The notes under the pieces were generated by a model. The model saw only the letters and a program-made list of their open reading frames with translations. It did no database searches and was not told the origin of the DNA. Both the position numbers and the translations under genes were made by a program. From IMG/VR virus record IMGVR_UViG_3300009678_001576: DNA of 64,000 nt, one strand, 5' to 3'. The stretch's first letter is position 1. Each line of letters opens with the position of its first letter. The stretch is from a virus. Of this stretch, positions 61,652 to 64,000 are shown in pieces.

Positions 61652-61662
61652 TTATTAATAGA
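61652..61662 (-). promoter_or_regulatory. Candidate promoter motif TCTATTAATAA
   Basis: Intergenic copy between sbcC and the kinase gene. Confidence 0.45.
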
Positions 61663-61664
61663 TG

Positions 61665-63740
61665 CTACTGAATAATCTTGCTTCCATCGACAGTTTTATT
61701 CACTATTATTACATCATCAAATTGCTCTTTAAGCTTCTCATCGTGGGTAATAACAAGTATCTTCATCTCATTACCCAATTGCTTTACTATATTAATAAAC
61801 ATTTCAAGACCCTTATCGTCAAGCGATGAGCTAACCTCATCCAATAACAGAAATTTCACATTTCCGCCTATTCTTTGCGATAATATCTTGCTTAAAGCCA
61901 ATCTTAAAGCCAACGAAATTCTGAATTGCTCTCCACCACTATAGGTTTCAAACTCATCAGTCCGGCCACCAGAAGCAACTTCTATATCAAAGGTTTCCAT
62001 CCAAGAGCCATTATCACCTTGTTTTTGGGTCTTAATGGCTGCTGTGGTGGGCTCGTTGCATATCTTTGATAAGATGTCATTAGCATAGGTCTCAAGCTCT
62101 TCTATTACATTTTCTAATATAACAGCCTGAATGCCATCTTTTCCAAAATAGTGTCTTAGCTTATCATATATAGCATAGTCGCTATTTAATTTGCTCAATT
62201 CCTCTTGAAGCTCTTTTTGTTCTTTTTCTTGTTTTGTAAGGTCTTCTAGAATATTGACTTTGCTACCATAAGATACGTTTAGCTTATTGCTCTTGTCTCT
62301 TAGGTCTTTAACCAAGCGAGACATATCTTCAATTTCTTTTTCTAGCTTATTGTATTCTTCTTTATCTACTCTTGCTCTGAGGTCATTAATTTCTTTATTA
62401 AAATCTCTGCTTTGTAGGGTTTTTAGTTCTTGCCGCAATGAAGTGTTTTCATGAATACAGGCATCTACGGCAGATTTACATTTGGCTATCTTAAGCTCAA
62501 TCTTACCTTTGTCTATTTCTGCCCTGTTAGCTTCAGACAGAGCCAATTCCATTTCCTTAGCTCTTTGGTCAGCTTTAACCAATTTAGCTTTTATTTCATC
62601 ATACTTAGCACGAATATCTACAAGCTCTTTATCGCGGGTTTCTTTAATACCCCTAATATCAGTCTTAGTTAGTTCTTTTCTGCAAGTTGGACATTCTTTA
62701 TCCAAAGATACATCTTTTTCTAAATGCAAAATATGTTCTTTTAATGATTTTTCTCTTGCTTTGCCGGCTATTAGCTTTGAATTAATCTCTTGAAGGTTAA
62801 TATTAGCGCCAGCCTTAATTTTCTCATTTAATACTTTTATTTTTTGTTGTATTAGAGCTATGTTATCTGTGCTCTGAGAAATTACACTATCGTTTTCTTT
62901 AACCTTTGTGGTTATATAGCTAACTCGCTTTTTAGCCTCATTGGCTTCTCTTTGAACCTTTTGTAAAAGTTCTGGGGCATTTTGCAAGTCATTCAAAATA
63001 GTTTGATGTCTAGACTTTTTCCCCACCAATACATCATTCAGATTTGTATATTCTGTATTTACTCTTTCGAGTTCTAGTTTTATATTTTGAATATCAGACT
63101 TACAACTAACTATATTCTCCTCTATCGTTGCAAGTGAAACCACATTTTTAGTCTTATCTTGTGATTTAGCAGACAATATCCTTGCGTGCTCTCGCGCACT
63201 TTTCTGGAACTCATCCCATTTATCCATTTTTAGAAGAGCCTTTAAAATGTCTTTCCTTTCGCTAGGCTTGGCTTCCGCAAACATCGAAATATCATTCTGT
63301 TTAAAATATACAGAATTTAAAAATACTTCGCTATTCAAATTAATTACTGTGCAAATTCTATCGTCTGTGGCCGTATTGGTGTCGCATGATATATTTTTCC
63401 AATCTGTGCCTGTCCATTGTTCAAATACAACATCTGACTCACCTACGGTCTTGTCTCGCATTCTTGTAATTCTATATTGTGTGCCATCTACATCAAAGAC
63501 GAATTCTACTTTGCAGAGTTTTTTATCTTTCTTAACAACTCCATCTTTTTTCTTGTGTCTAGATTTGCCAAATAAGGCCCAAAAAATGGCCTCAAAAATA
63601 GCGCTTTTACCAGCACCATTTGATTGGTCAGAATTGTTATTAAAACTACCGAGTATTAAAGCTACGTTGAATCTTCCAAAATCTACATCTGACTTATCGT
63701 GAGACAAGAAGTTTTGGATAGAAAGTTTGACTGGAATCAT
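61665..63740 (-). CDS. sbcC: SbcC/Rad50 SMC-family ATPase
   Basis: NGAGKS, FKQND (Q-loop), CPTC zinc hook, SGGE signature, LLLDE, ITHD. Confidence 0.92.
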   Translation of the reverse strand: MIPVKLSIQNFLSHDKSDVDFGRFNVALILGSFNNNSDQSNGAGKSAIFEAIFWALFGKSRHKKKDGVVKKDKKLCKVEFVFDVDGTQYRITRMRDKTVGESDVVFEQWTGTDWKNISCDTNTATDDRICTVINLNSEVFLNSVYFKQNDISMFAEAKPSERKDILKALLKMDKWDEFQKSAREHARILSAKSQDKTKNVVSLATIEENIVSCKSDIQNIKLELERVNTEYTNLNDVLVGKKSRHQTILNDLQNAPELLQKVQREANEAKKRVSYITTKVKENDSVISQSTDNIALIQQKIKVLNEKIKAGANINLQEINSKLIAGKAREKSLKEHILHLEKDVSLDKECPTCRKELTKTDIRGIKETRDKELVDIRAKYDEIKAKLVKADQRAKEMELALSEANRAEIDKGKIELKIAKCKSAVDACIHENTSLRQELKTLQSRDFNKEINDLRARVDKEEYNKLEKEIEDMSRLVKDLRDKSNKLNVSYGSKVNILEDLTKQEKEQKELQEELSKLNSDYAIYDKLRHYFGKDGIQAVILENVIEELETYANDILSKICNEPTTAAIKTQKQGDNGSWMETFDIEVASGGRTDEFETYSGGEQFRISLALRLALSKILSQRIGGNVKFLLLDEVSSSLDDKGLEMFINIVKQLGNEMKILVITHDEKLKEQFDDVIIVNKTVDGSKIIQ

Positions 63741-64000
63741 TTTCCCTCTATTTCCTCTATAATTTCTTCAGCATATTTAACCAGTCTCTTTTTAACATTG
63801 TCTGGTTCAGTCAAACCCTTAATGAAAGTGAGCATCGCTTGTTTCACATCGGATCCTTCATTTATTTCGGCATTTCTTAATTGCCTTGAAGAGACAGTTG
63901 ATACGCTTATTGAGGAGAGATAATTAACATTTTTACTCAATATATGATCCTTGATTGTTTGCTGATTAAGATGAAACACATCTGTATCTTTAAGTTTCAC
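63737..64000 (-). CDS. Partial CDS, probably the C-terminus of an SbcD/Mre11 nuclease
   Basis: Runs off the window edge and is coupled to sbcC; catalytic motifs are not visible. Confidence 0.5.
   Translation of the reverse strand: MKLKDTDVFHLNQQTIKDHILSKNVNYLSSISVSTVSSRQLRNAEINEGSDVKQAMLTFIKGLTEPDNVKKRLVKYAEEIIEEIEGK

Noticed and set aside
504-63923. All plus-strand ORFs and short alternative-frame minus-strand ORFs in the track
   Set aside because: They lie antisense or out of frame within long motif-bearing minus-strand genes, lack SD sites, and read as shadow translations (Ser/Phe/Leu-rich mirrors of Lys/Glu-rich genes).
1-64000. tRNA, rRNA, CRISPR array or IS element
   Set aside because: The intergenic gaps are short (under 150 nt), and I saw no cloverleaf, repeat-spacer array or transposase motif.

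Overview
A 64 kb segment of an AT-rich jumbo or huge tailed bacteriophage (Caudoviricetes, bacterial host, standard genetic code). All credible genes lie on the minus strand. The right third (42.4-64 kb) is a replication, recombination and host-takeover module: SbcCD, dNMP kinase, HAD nucleotidase, Cas4-like nuclease, two sigma-like proteins, trigger factor, DnaE, SSB, RuvC, DnaJ, trypsin-like protease, RecA, DnaG core, IF-3 and a type II GAPDH-like enzyme. The left two thirds (1-42.3 kb) are a head and packaging module: terminase, portal, prohead protease-scaffold, decoration-like proteins and many hypotheticals. The major capsid gene is not recognisable in the window. The standout signal is an apparent virion cargo addressing and processing system with four parts. 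(1) A ~2,960 aa polyprotein carries topoisomerase IB, two M15 peptidases, LigD polymerase, CCA/HD, zincin, 2H phosphoesterase and LigD phosphoesterase modules, separated by 11 copies of an ISKRA-like peptide written with different codons. (2) The same peptide occurs at the N-terminus or domain edges of other head-module enzymes. (3) A ~21 aa helical motif (LxxLANxLDxxGxxxEAxxID) occurs in at least 13 head-module proteins, often just before a K-x-A site. (4) Two candidate -1 frameshift sites would fuse scaffold-like leaders to peptidoglycan-binding proteins. Family calls come from motifs recognised by eye. No database search was run, and the functional model is inference.
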